DNA of 64,000 nt from Azolla caroliniana (lineage: Eukaryota; Plantae; Polypodiophyta). The stretch covers positions 10,478,001-10,542,000 of the forward strand of contig JBHGNT010000009.1 in the NCBI GenBank assembly GCA_043228905.1, in the 5' to 3' direction. Position numbers and translations under genes: made by a program. Under the pieces are notes generated by a model. The model was not told the origin of the DNA. It saw nothing but the letters and a program-made list of their open reading frames with translations, and ran no database searches. Positions 42,901 to 54,899 of this stretch are shown in pieces; positions within the stretch are counted from its first letter, which is position 1, and every line of letters begins with the position of its first letter.

Positions 42901-45474
42901 AAGTTGACAGATTGTGAGTACATTAAGTCCACAATTTTACCACATGGAAGAGGTTCACCAGCGTTTGGTGTGTTAATACATTGCACAGCGAGCAATGTTC
43001 TTGAGGCTGAAATATCTGAGTGTATTTCGAAGGAAGTTCATTAAGGAGCAAGATGCCACCCAAAACACCATCCAAGATGAGCCTCCATAGTGAAAAGTTG
43101 TGCAAAACAAACCTCACCAACTAGAGATACAAAATGCAACACTTCCCAGTACAGCGGGTATAGCAGAGGTATATTGAACGAAAATTCCATGGATATTACA
43201 AGGGTTGAAAATAAAGGTGTGAGTAATCACAGAAACTTGACAAATGAAAGGTTAAAATACAGCCGACAACAAAATCACCATCCGTAACCACCCTCAGTAC
43301 ATGCAGATCATTGACAACCCAATATACTTACCTATCCCCCCCTCTTTTCTGACCTCAGTTATATGGCAGTCTACTCAGCCAGTTCATTGAAACACCACAA
43401 GTGCATTTGGATTGTGCTAAAAGAGTTTTGTGGTATGCCAAAGGAATCATTGGTTAACAGTATATTTTATAAGTCAGGTGTTCTGATCCACTTACATGGC
43501 TTTATAGATGCCAATTGGGCAAGTAATTGGCAAACCCATGGCCTACATTGAGCTTTGGATTTTCCATAGGCAATGATGCCATCACTTGGAGCAGCAAAAA
43601 GCAACAGTAGCAACCTACTGTAGCACTATCCATCACAACAACGGAATTTGGGGGCATCATGATTGTTACATGTGAAGCAGTATGATGTTGATCTCCACCA
43701 TATCCATAAAGATCAGCAGACAGCAGATATATTTGCCGGGGCATTTTGGGCGGATAAACTGAGGCAGTATTCAAAAGCACTTGATCTGCATCCACTTGAC
43801 CTGCTCGGCTTGAGGGGAATTGTTGAAAACAAAAGCTCTTCATACAGCATACTTGAGCTTGAGGGGACTTATTGAGAAGTCAGGCCTAACCTGTCCTTGT
43901 GTAACACACTTGTTGGAAAACATGTAATGACTGCCCGCCTTTTGTATTAGATGTATGATAATCTACAGGAATATTCTATCTACATTAATGAACTAAAAGG
44001 AAACTTATATTTCTCTCACTGTCTCATCATGACTGACTGGTTTATTATTGGTACACAGAGAATATTGCATATAAACCACGTCCTTTCCAGGAAAACATGT
44101 TGGCTGTTTTCAACTCCTTAATCTGTCAATCTAAGTTATTGCTTATGGTCACTTTGTGACCTTCAACACTGCATTGTAACAAGATCTTTGGCAGAATATT
44201 TGTCTGAGTTCTTCACAATGTATCCAGAAAAGTTCTCTCATCTTACAAGCATAGCTATGTCAAATCTTGTCTTGGCATGAGAGATATCATGGAATACGAA
44301 AAGGGAAAAGTTGAGGCATGCTTCCTAATTTCTCCTTAAGATAATCTGTCTTCACACATATAAATATCTTTGTAACCTTCTCACTGCATTGAAACAAGAT
44401 CGTTGGCAGAATATTTGTCTGAGTTCTTCACAATGTATTTACAAAAGCTTTCTCATCTTACAAGCATGACTATTTCAAATGGTGTCTTGGCATGAGAGAA
44501 ACCATGGAATGCGAAAATGGAAAAGTTGAAGTATGCTACCTAATTTCTCCTTGAGATAATCTGTCTTCACACATACATATATTTTTGTAACCTTCTATAT
44601 TGTATTGTGAAAAGATCTTTGGCAGACTATTTGTCTGAGTTTTTCACAGTGTATTCACAAAAGTTTTCTAATCTTACAAGTTACATGCATGGCTATTTCA
44701 AATGTTCTCTTGGCATGAGAGAAGTCATGGAATATGCAAGAGGAAAAGTTGAGGTATGCTTCCAATTTCTCCTTACGACAATTTCTCTTATTATTTCATT
44801 CAAATCCAAGCCATATGTACTCAAATCTCCTCATTTCTGACCATCTAAAAGCAACTGAACTTTTAACATGCTATGATCGTTTTCACCATTGTTGTCAATA
44901 AAATATGCAAATAGAAGTGTGATAATTGAATCAACCATGCCTGTAAGAGCATGCTAATTGAATCCAGCATGCCTCTATATGGGACAATAAGGTGAATGGC
45001 GATGACTCTTATAGAATGATATGAATACTCTGAAAATATTCCTACGATGTAAACTATGCTTGCACTCTTAACGCTTCTAACATTTTAATGTATTACATGA
45101 GTACATTCACCATTATTGTTAATGCAAACAATATGCATATAAGAAACAATACCAGCATTGACTTGGAATAATACACAAAGAAGAGAGCAATAACCAATCA
45201 GCTTATACCTATACAAGATGATGACGACGATGATGATGCTGATGATTAAATGTACAATTCTAAGTCATACCTGATCAGCTCTAGAGGTCATGACATGAAC
45301 TGAATGTTGCAACTTCTCAGCAATTCGATCACTAGTATCTTTGGGCTTTGCTACAACTTTCTCTTCGTATGGTGCTGTTAGATAACTACTTCGAGAGATA
45401 TTCAAAACAACATTTCCTTCTGCATGTTTTGCATGAACCATGTCCAGAAAGACACCCTTTTGTGAATCCTTCAT
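36877..45474 (-). CDS. GTE1: BET-family bromodomain + ET-domain protein (GTE1/GTE6/IMB1-like), 8 coding exons, 382 aa
   Basis: Exons 45474-45271, 41241-41038, 40642-40565, 40465-40238, 40119-40012, 37816-37758, 37679-37535 and 36999-36877. All introns GT-AG and phase-compatible. Bromodomain HRWAWPFLQPVD..DYYKVIRRPMDLGTIK..DVRLVFRNAMLYN; ET domain EEKTKL..KLPP..IQIDLEALDSSTLWRLHFFV. Symbol denotes the clade. Confidence 0.9.
37007..37506. repeat. 214-bp tandem repeat (about 2.3 copies) in the last GTE intron
   Basis: TACACCCAAAGTTAAC recurs at 37007, 37221 and 37435. Each unit contains a copy of 36832-36907. Confidence 0.95.
37535..37679 (-). CDS. GTE1: GTE1-like exon 7 (ET domain)
   Basis: TTGTAG| (R)PMKTEEKTKLYQRIQKLPP..IQIDLEAL |GTATG. 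Confidence 0.9.
37758..37816 (-). CDS. GTE1: GTE1-like exon 6
   Basis: CTCCAG| LTGVEKKIHSFLMQVLPNC(R) |GTACC; ends in phase 2, matching the next exon. Confidence 0.8.
39250..39850 (-). mobile_element. Copia integrase remnant in GTE intron 5
   Basis: HSDVCSMPTKPLGGS..ITVFDHCSRSCWLYFL, with an upstream LWRKILGHISQKG-like segment. Confidence 0.75.
40012..40119 (-). CDS. GTE1: GTE1-like exon 5
   Basis: TAG| EGKKENQQ..LGENVITQ |GTACAG; 108 nt, phase 0. Confidence 0.75.
40238..40465 (-). CDS. GTE1: GTE1-like exon 4 (bromodomain core)
   Basis: VIRRPMDLGTIKKKLE..DVRLVFRNAMLYN..FEKKW; AG/GT bounded. Confidence 0.95.
40565..40642 (-). CDS. GTE1: GTE1-like exon 3 (bromodomain WPF shelf)
   Basis: TTTCAG| LMQHRWAWPFLQPVDVEHLQLKDYYK |GTAATG. 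Confidence 0.93.
41038..41241 (-). CDS. GTE1: GTE1-like exon 2
   Basis: AACAG|TTA acceptor, EAMKQKKMSGLFRLCSSILQK, AAG|GTGTG donor. Confidence 0.85.
41822..42030. repeat. About 107-bp tandem duplication in GTE intron 1
   Basis: TATACATACATCCACATACAAAT...CAGAGAAATATATG occurs twice. Confidence 0.9.
42350..43900 (+). mobile_element. Decayed copia remnant in GTE intron 1 (LTR-like part with about 190-bp duplication, PBS, RNase H, PPT)
   Basis: Duplicated unit at 42363-42550 and 42552-42743. PBS-like TGGTGTTAGAGC at 42800. GFIDANWA, ITWSSKKQ, DQQTADIF. PPT GAGGGGGAC at 43861. Confidence 0.7.
44152..44785. repeat. Three diverged tandem copies of an about 215-bp unit in GTE intron 1
   Basis: AGATC.TTGGCAGA.TATTTGTCTGAGTT and TTGGCATGAGAGA recur three times at about 215-bp spacing. 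Confidence 0.9.
45271..45474 (-). CDS. GTE1: GTE1-like exon 1 (MKDSQK...MTSRADQ)
   Basis: ATG at 45474, donor CAG|GTATGA. Joins in frame to LQCEVLQV, resembling the GTE1 N-terminal coiled coil. Start codon choice is inferred. Confidence 0.7.
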
Positions 45475-45607
45475 GGCTATTACGTGTGTACCTGTATATC
45501 TTGTCTTGAATCCGAAAACTAAGCAGAAGAAAAAGAATAGGAAGGCATTGATAATGGATCTAATCTCAATAGAACTGCTTCGTGAACAATTTCTTCGTCC
45601 TCGTCGA

Positions 45608-45633
45608 CCCTAATCCTAACCCTAAACCCTAAA
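45608..45633. promoter_or_regulatory. Telo-box / short telomere-like repeat in the GTE 5' region
   Basis: CCCTAATCCTAACCCTAAACCCTAAA contains AAACCCTA, about 140 bp upstream of the ATG. Confidence 0.6.
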
Positions 45634-45665
45634 GGTAGTGGTAGTTGATGGGTAACATATACGCC

Positions 45666-45827
45666 GAGAGATAGAGAGAGAGATTATATTATCGTCTTCG
45701 GAGGTCAAATATGACCTATGAGACCAAAAATATTACATTTCACGTGATATGTGTGAAGGTGAGTAGCGGCTCTCGATGTTCAAGAACTTTACCAATGAAT
45801 GTTGCAATCGAGAGTGCACATCGTGAT

Positions 45828-45862
<35 letters not shown>
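45666..45862 (-). mobile_element. Short 5'-truncated copy (about 150 bp) of the RTEX-like LINE, between (GA)n and (GT)n(GA)n
   Basis: 45684-45830 is closely similar to 50333-50480 (TTATATTATC.TCTTC.GAGGTCAAATATGACCTATGAGACC...). Confidence 0.88.
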
Positions 45863-45903
45863 AACACCAAAGAGAAAAAGAGAAGAGAGAGAGAGAGAGA
45901 GAG

Positions 45904-48900
45904 AAGACAAAAGGAGAGTAGAAGGTGCACAAGCCATGATATTCCCAAGTTGCGGTTGAAGGTGAGGAGGAGGAGATGAGTGATCAATATTGGGAGACAA
46001 TCCATCTTGTTGCAAACCAAGCGTTACATGAAGTGCTACCCGATGATGAAGATATTCTGGTGGAAGCAATGACTGATGATATTGTGGAGGTGGAGTTGCC
46101 CCGCAAGGACATCTTGAAGGCCTTTTCCATGTTCCATGATGGAGGTATTATTTGTTTCTTTACTGGAAAAATTCCTCTAGTTGATTGGGTGGGTCAATGG
46201 TTAAATGTTATGGTGGGTAGAAATACTGTGGAGGATGTGTATAAAGGTCCAATAGGTTTTTTTGAGGTTATATTTCGCACTGAAGAACAAAGAGATAGAT
46301 TATTATCACGTATCCCAGTTTTCTTCAATAATAAGTTGGTAGACAATGTTCCATGGTGACCATTAGCAGACTTTGAAGCAGGAGTGTCCAATATGGGTTG
46401 AAGTAGAGTGTAAATTCTCATTTTTGTGGCCCATTATACAAAGTGTAAGGGAACAACCTGGAAAAGTGATAGTTGCTCCAAATCCAAAAGCGTATAATAG
46501 ATATCGGTTATGTATGTTGTGGAATACAACTAAGAAGAGACCTTTGTGGTTAAATATAAAATCGGAGGAAATGCGGTCATTTCGTTGCCAATTGCATTGC
46601 GTTCATTTGTTGGTCATTGTTTCAAATGTGGTGAATTGGGGCATTTTATGGCTGAATGTCAACAAACGCCGGTCCATGAGCGTTGTTGTGATATGGTAAT
46701 GCTAAATCAAGTACAACAAGAACATGAGAGGAACAAAAGTCAGGAGGTAAATATAGGTAAAGGAGACACTAGAGGGCCTTCGGAGCAAAAAGGTAAAAGT
46801 GTTGTAGAAGAAGTGCTAGAAGAGTTTGAAATTAAGGAAAGACCTTGGACCAAGGTTGGTGCTAATGGCAGGTTCTCACGATATCACAAGGGGAATGTTC
46901 CATTGCAACAAGGACAGGAGCTCATAGGTTCATCTAGCAATCTAATGGGGTTATCAAAGGTAATTTCCAATCAATCTCAACGAAAATCAAAACCTTGGCA
47001 CAAGTCTCAATATCAATCAAATCAAGGATCAAAACCTTTTAACCTTCGATTTGATTAAATTGGTAAACTCATTTCCCCATTAGAGAAGCAACCTTGGAAA
47101 GGAGGTAATTTGAGAGTCATTGAGACATCGGTCAAAAACCAACTGGTTAATAATCAGCTACCATCTGTGCAAAATGCTTTTGCAGTCTTAAGGGATTATT
47201 TTGGAGATATCCTAGAGTGTCAATGGGATATATTATGTGCGGTAGAGCGTAAGGATCATACGAAGTCTGGGTCTTTTATTCAACATAATGGGTATCATGT
47301 ATGTTATGCGGGTGTCAATGGTGGACTTTATTCAGGTGTAATTCTTATTGTTAAAGATACTTTGCAACCAATGGTGGTTCAAAGTGATATACATGTTCGG
47401 TACACCGTGGTTGAGATAAATTATGAAGGGCAAAGGATTTGGATTGTTGGTATTTATGCACCAAATAAAGTCTCTCAATGTATTGAACTTTGGCAACGTT
47501 TGAATGAAGTTCTTCGTAATGGAAATCCAAGATTTTTATTGGTTGATTTCAATATGTGTTCAGAAGTGGGGCAATAGAGCAGCTTGGGACTTATTTGCAA
47601 TAGAGGTTTTGAAGTATGATGCATGGCTTTGGATTAATGGAACAGATTCTGGGTATACTTTTCAATCCACACAATTTAGATCAACATGAAGTAGGTTGGA
47701 TCGCATATGTATAATGCATGATGAGAGTATTTGCCATAAGTGTTGATTATGCAGGTATACAGAGGTATCGTCTGACCATTTTCCAGTTATCTTGGAATGC
47801 ACAAATCAAGGGGTGGATGGTTTTAAAGCTTTATTGGGAAGACAATCACTTAGATTTTATTCTTCATTTCTTGAGCATGTATGCTTCACGCATGCTATGG
47901 GACAGCTGGTGGGAGAATTTAGAAGACAAGTTAATATTGGTGGTGCTTCTTCATGGGATGTTTCCCTTTCTAATATTCAACTGTTTGCTCAACATTATGG
48001 GATTTCTCAAGCAATTGTCTATAAACAAAAAAGTGAGAGCACTCCAACAATTATTACACAGTTGTAATGCTTTGTTGGTCTCAATCCCGGTGGATGATGT
48101 GTTATTGGATATTCAAGTTACATTGAATCAAGCACTACAAGTTCTTGAGGTCAGAAGTTATCAACAGTTTCGGGTGAGGGACAAGCAATATGAGGTATAT
48201 GATCATAACTTTATCTCACATAAATTCTTTCATGGGTTACATGCATCTCATGCCAGAATGAATGTGGTACGCCTAGAAGTTGATGGAACTTTGAGTACAA
48301 ATCCACAAGTAATTATTGATAATTGTATTCAACATTTCACAAAACTTCTAGGTCATGAAAGTATTCTAGATAACGATATGAAAGAAGCATGAGCAATATT
48401 TTTTCGATGCATCAAGGGCAATGTTAGGCAACAGATTGTGATGAGTATAGAAGAGGACATAAGAGAAGAAGAGGTGGAGTCTGTCTTATCACATCTTGCA
48501 AATGATAAAAGTCCAGGTTGGGATGGAATTACGAATGAGTTTTTTAAATCATTTGTTCAAGACCTTAAAGGCCCTCTTACAATAATCTTTCAAGAAGTGT
48601 GGAGATTTGGTAACATTCCTAATTCTTGGAAGATTGGGCTTATCAAACTTATACCTAAAGTTTCTTCTCCTACTTCATTTGGTCAATGGAGGCCAATATC
48701 ATTAATGGGTGGTTTATAAAAGTTTTTTACCAAAGTAATTGCCAATCGACTTCACAAGGTATTACCCTCTATTGTACATCCGATGCAGTATGAATTTATT
48801 GCAGGAAGGGACATCCTTCATAACATTTTAAATGTTCAAATGGTTGTGGATTATGCGAAGGAATCAAAACAAGGAATTGTTATGATATAATTGGATATTG

Positions 48901-50284
48901 AGAAGGCTTATGATCATGTCAATTGGTCATTTCTTGCCCAACTTATGTCTGAGATGGGTTTTGGTACAAGGATGTCTCGACTCTCATTTATGTTGGGGTT
49001 AGGTGCAATGTCACATGTCATGTTAAATGGTGGAGTGACTAAGGCAATATCATTAACAAGGTCAGTGAGACAAGGATGTTCATTGAGTCCATTATTATTT
49101 GCCATTGTTACCCACCCAAAATTGGTTAAAATGCATGAGTTAGCGATATGTTGAGATATAGTGGGACTTGTTTTACCCTCAAGGAAACAACTGATAGCTC
49201 AAGCATGGGCAGATGATTCTTTTTTGTTTCTTAAGGTGCATCCTAGTAACATAGCCAAAGCTATGGAGGTGTGGAAGGTGTTTTCATTAGCATCAGGTTT
49301 ACATATTAATATGCAAAAATCATTGTTGATTAGATGCACTAAACAAGATTTGGTTAATCTTGGTTGGAGTGGCTGAATATTAGATAAAGGGAAGATTTGT
49401 CGACATTTGGGATATCCGATTGGTGTGGATATTTCACCAAAGCAAAGCATAACTTGGATTTCTAGGACCATATCAAATAAATTTATATATTGGAAGTCCC
49501 AAGCTTGGTCATTTGCAACTCATCTTAAAGTGGTGCAAGCAATTATGATTCCGATGATTTCATATTTTTTGCCTTTGGTACCTTGGATAAAGAAATCAAT
49601 TGATTGGTTGGCTCGTGCTCTTAGGTATACGTTATGGAAGAAAGAGTCCAACATTGGTATCAGTTGGGTTTCATGGCTTCATATATGTACCCCGAAACAT
49701 TTAGGAGGAGCTGGTTTACTCAATTTGGAAGATCATCTGGTTGCTTGAAGGTTTAGTCTCTTGAAAGAGATGTGTTCAGGTTCTCAACCGTGGGCAGAGA
49801 TAATTTGTTATTTTGTGGAGAAAGTGGGGATACAACATGGTAAAACAAAAATTAGAACTTTATGGTGGCATGTTATTAATAGTACTCGATCATTTAGATG
49901 TTCAGAATCTACTATTGTTCAACATTTAGTGGTCTCTTGGCAAAAAAGTTTGAAGTTGTTCAATTGGAAACCACCTGAATGTAGAAAAGATTACAACTCT
50001 TTGCCAGTAGAGGTGATAGAATCTTCAAGATTATTACAATGGGATGGAAAAGACAGTTTATAGTCAAAGTTTAATAGAATGGTAAAACTAGGTTTGGTAA
50101 TTGTGGAGGATGGTATTTTAGAGTCACAGAGGCAGATAATGGATTTTTGAACTGTGAGAAGTAGATTTCATATACCTCTTGGATATGGTCAGATTTGGCA
50201 AACAATAGTACACTTGCCTATTTTATCATCACTGATTCCACAATTGGTGGTGGTGGAACCATGGAATAATTGGTATACATTTAC

Positions 50285-50288
<4 letters not shown>
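45904..50288 (+). mobile_element. L1/Tx1-like LINE (ORF1 plus ORF2), decayed, 3' part missing
   Basis: ORF1 DUF4283-like (GGIICFFTGKIP..GFFEV) and zinc knuckle CFKCGELGHFMAEC. Endonuclease GIYAPN/VDFNM. RT KSPGWDG, WRPISL, DIEKAYDHV, RQGCSLSPLLF, WADDS. Confidence 0.92.
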
Positions 50289-50332
<44 letters not shown>

Positions 50333-50336
<4 letters not shown>

Positions 50337-52432
50337 ATTATCATCTTCAGAGGTCAAATATGACCTATGAGACCAAAAATAGTACATTTCACGTGATACG
50401 TGTGAAGGTGAGTAGAGACTCTCGATGTTCAAGAACTTTACCAATAAATGTTGCAATCGAGAGTGAACATCGTGGTTGTGAGAGAAATTCGTGCAAGGAT
50501 TGGGCTCGATCAAAGATATGTGGAAAGCATGGTCGAATATGATCAAAGGTAGAGCATTATATCAAAGTGTGATACTCATACTCTCGAACTTGTTTAGGGC
50601 AAAGTGTGCATAGTCGACCACTCTCATCAGTTGTGCCCCAACGCCCTGTCTCACATCTCAATGCGTGCGAGCTAAGTCACATGGAAGCAATGGTTCGAAT
50701 GGAAGATATCGGGATGGGCTCTAACATGTATCGATGTGTACGGCTTCCCCGTTTTGCGAAGAATATGTTTTTGTAGTTAGGTGCAAAATTTATAGTATAA
50801 TGTGTGAAGCGTGAGCCACCACATTTGTCCCATGTCATGATACATTGGCGTTGCAAAAAGGTCTCATTTACAGAGGAATCTAGTGACGCATCATGAAGCA
50901 AGTGTCTTGCATCCCATCTACCAAACCATTTTTCTAAATCTTGCATCCAACCGGAACACAAAATTTTGCTTTTATGCGTCTTTTGGATCTTTTTGCTTGC
51001 TTCCCATGCAATTCTAGGAGGGCAATGTGAGGGGCTTTTTTGAACCTTAAGCATGTATTCAACAACCCTTTCCATGGCCATGATCTCAATGGGAAGCGAT
51101 CCCGTCTCAAGGAAGAGGAGGGTGTAGGGTGTTTGTTTCTTAACTTGTAGAAACTTTGTAAGAAAATGTTTTTGGACATTTTCAAACTCTTTCCACGTAG
51201 ATTTAGGGATGCTACCGCCCCATACTTCCACCCCATAGAGAAGAACCGAGGTCACCAAAGTGTCAAAAAGATATTTCTTGTTCTCAAATGCATAATATGC
51301 TCCCTTACCTACCTCTAAGCGGCGTGTAGCAAATTCATTCCATTTATGACCTGAAGGAACTTGAAGGCCAAGATATTTGAAGCTTTCCAAACATTCAAGT
51401 GGCTCATTGTTGTACATAATGCATGGTTTATCTCTTTTTTGACTCTTCACAAGCATAATCTTTGTTTTAGAGCTATTGACACTTAATCTAGTATGCATGC
51501 AAATTTTTTCCAATGCCTTCATAAGCTTTTGTGCATCTCCTGAAGTATTTGCAAAATCACTACATCATCCGCATATAACAAAAGCATAATCACAACATTC
51601 CCAATGGCAACTTCTTCAACACATTCTTCCTTTACAAACTTGGTAACCATTTCTTCTAATTCATCAATGCATAGACCAAATAATGTTGGTGAGAGTGGGC
51701 ATCCTTTCTTAACACCAATAGTGCTATTGAAAAAATTTGAATGACTATCTCTCATATGCACACAACATATAACCTTCTCATATATTCGGGAAATTGCAAG
51801 CATATATTCAATTGGCACCTCAAGTTCTTCCACCTGTCTCCAAAGATGCTCATGAGGTACCATATCAAAAGCTTTCTTGAAGTCTACAAAGCAACAATAT
51901 AAACCTTTACCTCTAAGGCGACTTTCCTCCATTAATACTCGAAGAGTGACAAGATGATCAATGGTGCTATGGTGTTTTCGAAAACCAGCTTGTCCATAAG
52001 CTCTCTTACCATTTTTTTCTGCCCATACACTTATCTTTGATTCCATTATACATCCAAATAGTTTTGCCATTAATGAGCCAACCATGATGGTTCGATAGTT
52101 GTTTACATTATTTACATCTTCGCCTTTATGTAAAGGTTTGATCCAATTTGTAGTCCAATCATATGGCATACCATGTTGCAATGCATCATTGAACATATCG
52201 CATATCCATATATGTGCTTCCTTTCTCGTCCATTTGAGCATTTAAGCTTTTATACATTGAAGATCGCTTGCCTTTCGAGAGGCCAATTTCTTAAGTCTTA
52301 TGCATATATCTTCAATTGTAAAGAAGGGAGACATATGTGAAAGAGAACCATAACACATCATCTTTCCGGCAAGAGATAATTCATATAAATTCTTACAATG
52401 CATAGACAAGTCATGAAGAGTTAAGTCACCAT

Positions 52433-52435
<3 letters not shown>
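50333..52435 (-). mobile_element. 5'-truncated RTEX-like LINE flanked on both sides by (GA)22-23
   Basis: RT NYRTIMV..QAGFRK..FVDFKKAFD..GCPLSPTLF..LLYADD..FKYLG..LLYGVEVWG. C-terminal SSHALRCETGRW..CTLC..EYHTL. (GA)n at 50289-50332 and 52436-52481. Clade assignment by motif only. Confidence 0.9.
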
Positions 52436-52481
<46 letters not shown>

Positions 52482-52483
<2 letters not shown>

Positions 52484-54604
52484 TTGGGTTTTGGTGATTG
52501 TATGTCTAAGTTGATATACACATTAGGGGAGGGTTCGGTTTCACTTGTGATGTTTAATGGAGGAGTAACCCAACCGATTTCTATTCGGAGGTCAATTAGA
52601 CAAGGATGCCCGGTAAGTCCTTTACTATTCACTATTGTGACACATCCTATTCTTGTTAAGTTACACAATATGGCTATGGGGGAAGAATTGCTTGGACTAA
52701 GGTTGCCATCAGGGAAGCCATGTATTGTTCAAGCTCTCGCAGATGACCATATTATGTTTTTGGCACCTAATCGAGAAAATATTAGTAAGACAAGAGATGT
52801 GTGGGAATTGTTTTCAAATGCTTTGGGGTTGAGAATTAATATACATAAATCTGTCCTCATTTCATGTACAGAACAAGACGTGTTAGGGTTGGGGTGGTCA
52901 GGAAGGATAGTACATCGTGGTATGATTTGTCGTCAACTTGGATATCCAATTGGGGTGGAAGTTTCTCATGTGAAACTTATTGAGTGGGTATCCAAAAGGT
53001 TGGAGGATAAGTTTATGTATTGGAGGTCTCAATTTTGGCCTTTTCATGTACGACTTAAGGTGGTCCAATCGATTATGGTCTCTATGGTATCTTATTATCT
53101 TCCTTTGCTCCCATGGTCAAAGAAAGCTCTTGAAATGTTGTCACGCTCGATGCGAATGTTATGGAAAAGAAAAGGGAAAAGTGCCTTGTCATGGTTGGCA
53201 TGGGATCATGTTTGTACTCCGAAGCGTCTTGGTGGGGCATCAATATTGAATCTATATGAGCATATGGTGGCTCGTCGATTTACTTTCATTCGATTCATGT
53301 TTGAAGGTGTACAACCTTGGACAGAAATGGTGGCATACTTTATAGAGAAGAACGGAATAAAGCTTGGAAACATGAAGGTAATTGGTGGAATGTAATTAAT
53401 TCTGACAGGGATGTCAAATGTACATGGTCTATGATAGTTAATCATTTGTTGACATCTTGGCAAAGTATGTTGGATTTTGTGGAATGGCATCCCCCACAAG
53501 AAAGGGGATGTGCCAATTCATTACAAATGGAGGTTTTGGCAACATCAAGGTTGTTGAGGTGGGAAGGTAAACAAATTCTTAACCTTCAATTTAATCGGAT
53601 GGCTAGATTGGGTTTAGTAACAATCAAGGATGTTATGTTGGTGTCACAAAGAAGATTAATGACCTTTTGAACAACAAGATCAACATTTTGTATTCCAAAA
53701 GGTTATAAGTTTATTTAGGATAAGTTGCAATAATTATTATCTTCGTATGGGCCCATTCCTGATTTAGATGCGGGATCTCAAGAGCTTGATTGGATGTTTG
53801 TTGGAAATAGGCGATTCGCCATGATCTCAACAAACGATGCTTATCACAAGTTGATTGACAAACAAACATAAGTGGATGGAAGAAAGGGTTATAAAGGTAT
53901 GGGGTTTTCGTAAGCCCATTACCTAGTGGTTTCATGTGATCAAGGCAGGTTGGTGTTCTTGATTGATGCTATGAGCTAAGCTATTGATTTGGAGAGTTAT
54001 GGTTGGAGCTTTACCATTGGGGGATGCATTAAAAAGAAGAAACATTACTAAAGGATTGTGTTTCTTTTGTTCGGTGGAATTGGAACATAGTAGGCATCGA
54101 TTTATTTCATGTCCGATGGCAAGGATGGTTTGGAGGTGTATCAGTTTAGTCTGGATGTCTCTAACAGGAGTAAGTCTATCTTCCTTCAGTTGGGTTTTTG
54201 CACATATGGAGAACAATGAACCGATGCCTCATTTTCAAATTATTTTTGAGTTCTTGAGGTATTGGGGGCTATGGTTCAATTGGAATATGCGGAATGCCTT
54301 CATTTTTTATTCACAAGTTGGGGTGAGAAAATATGTTCTTAAGTTAAAAGGACTTCTTTTGTGGCAATTGACAATGCTAGAGAAGGCACAAAATCTCAAC
54401 CAAGAAGAGAGAGAACTCTGCAAGGTCACATATCATCATATTCGCCATTTGAATTGGTGTGTAGGGTGGCATTGAGTTTGGTGTCGTAGTTTTCTTTAGA
54501 TCCCTAGATAGAAGGGGTTCTATAGTTTGTTGTAAGTTAGTCATGGTGGTGTTTTTTCTTTCGTAATGAAAGCCATTATTTACGAAAAAAAAGAAAAAAA
54601 GAAA
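52482..54604 (+). mobile_element. 5'-truncated L1/Tx1-like LINE, paralog of 45904-50288
   Basis: RQGCPVSPLLF, LADDH, zf-RVT IWRVMVGALPLG..CFFC..HRFISC. A-rich tail at 54585-54604. Probable TSD AGATGTTGG at 52479 and 54605. Confidence 0.92.
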
Positions 54605-54899
54605 AGATGTTGGAGAACCACAAACACTATTTTCAATGTATCTTTCTCCTTTGATATTCGTTTCTTTTGTTTTTCTGATTCTTTTGAGGCTTCCACAGAG
54701 AGTTTTCTAAAGAATAATTTCACGTATCATTTGGTGGTTTCCGTATGAGCAAAATTGGCATTCGGTTGTATGCATCCAACAGTAGCTTGCTTTGTTTCCT
54801 TCTCCAACAAAATTACTTGTAAATGAGCTCTCTCATAAATTTTTGTCATATGGATGTTAGTTTTGTCATGAATATGGATGCATCTCTAAACTCCTTAAA

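Noticed and set aside
45608-45633. Interstitial telomere or chromosome-fusion scar
   Set aside because: Only about four imperfect units in a gene 5' region; better explained as a telo-box.
50279-50288. ATTTACGAAA matching the 3' terminus of the paralogous L1 (54578-54587), suggesting an internal deletion to the tail
   Set aside because: Only 10 AT-rich bases, also readable as in-frame coding sequence; cannot be distinguished from chance.
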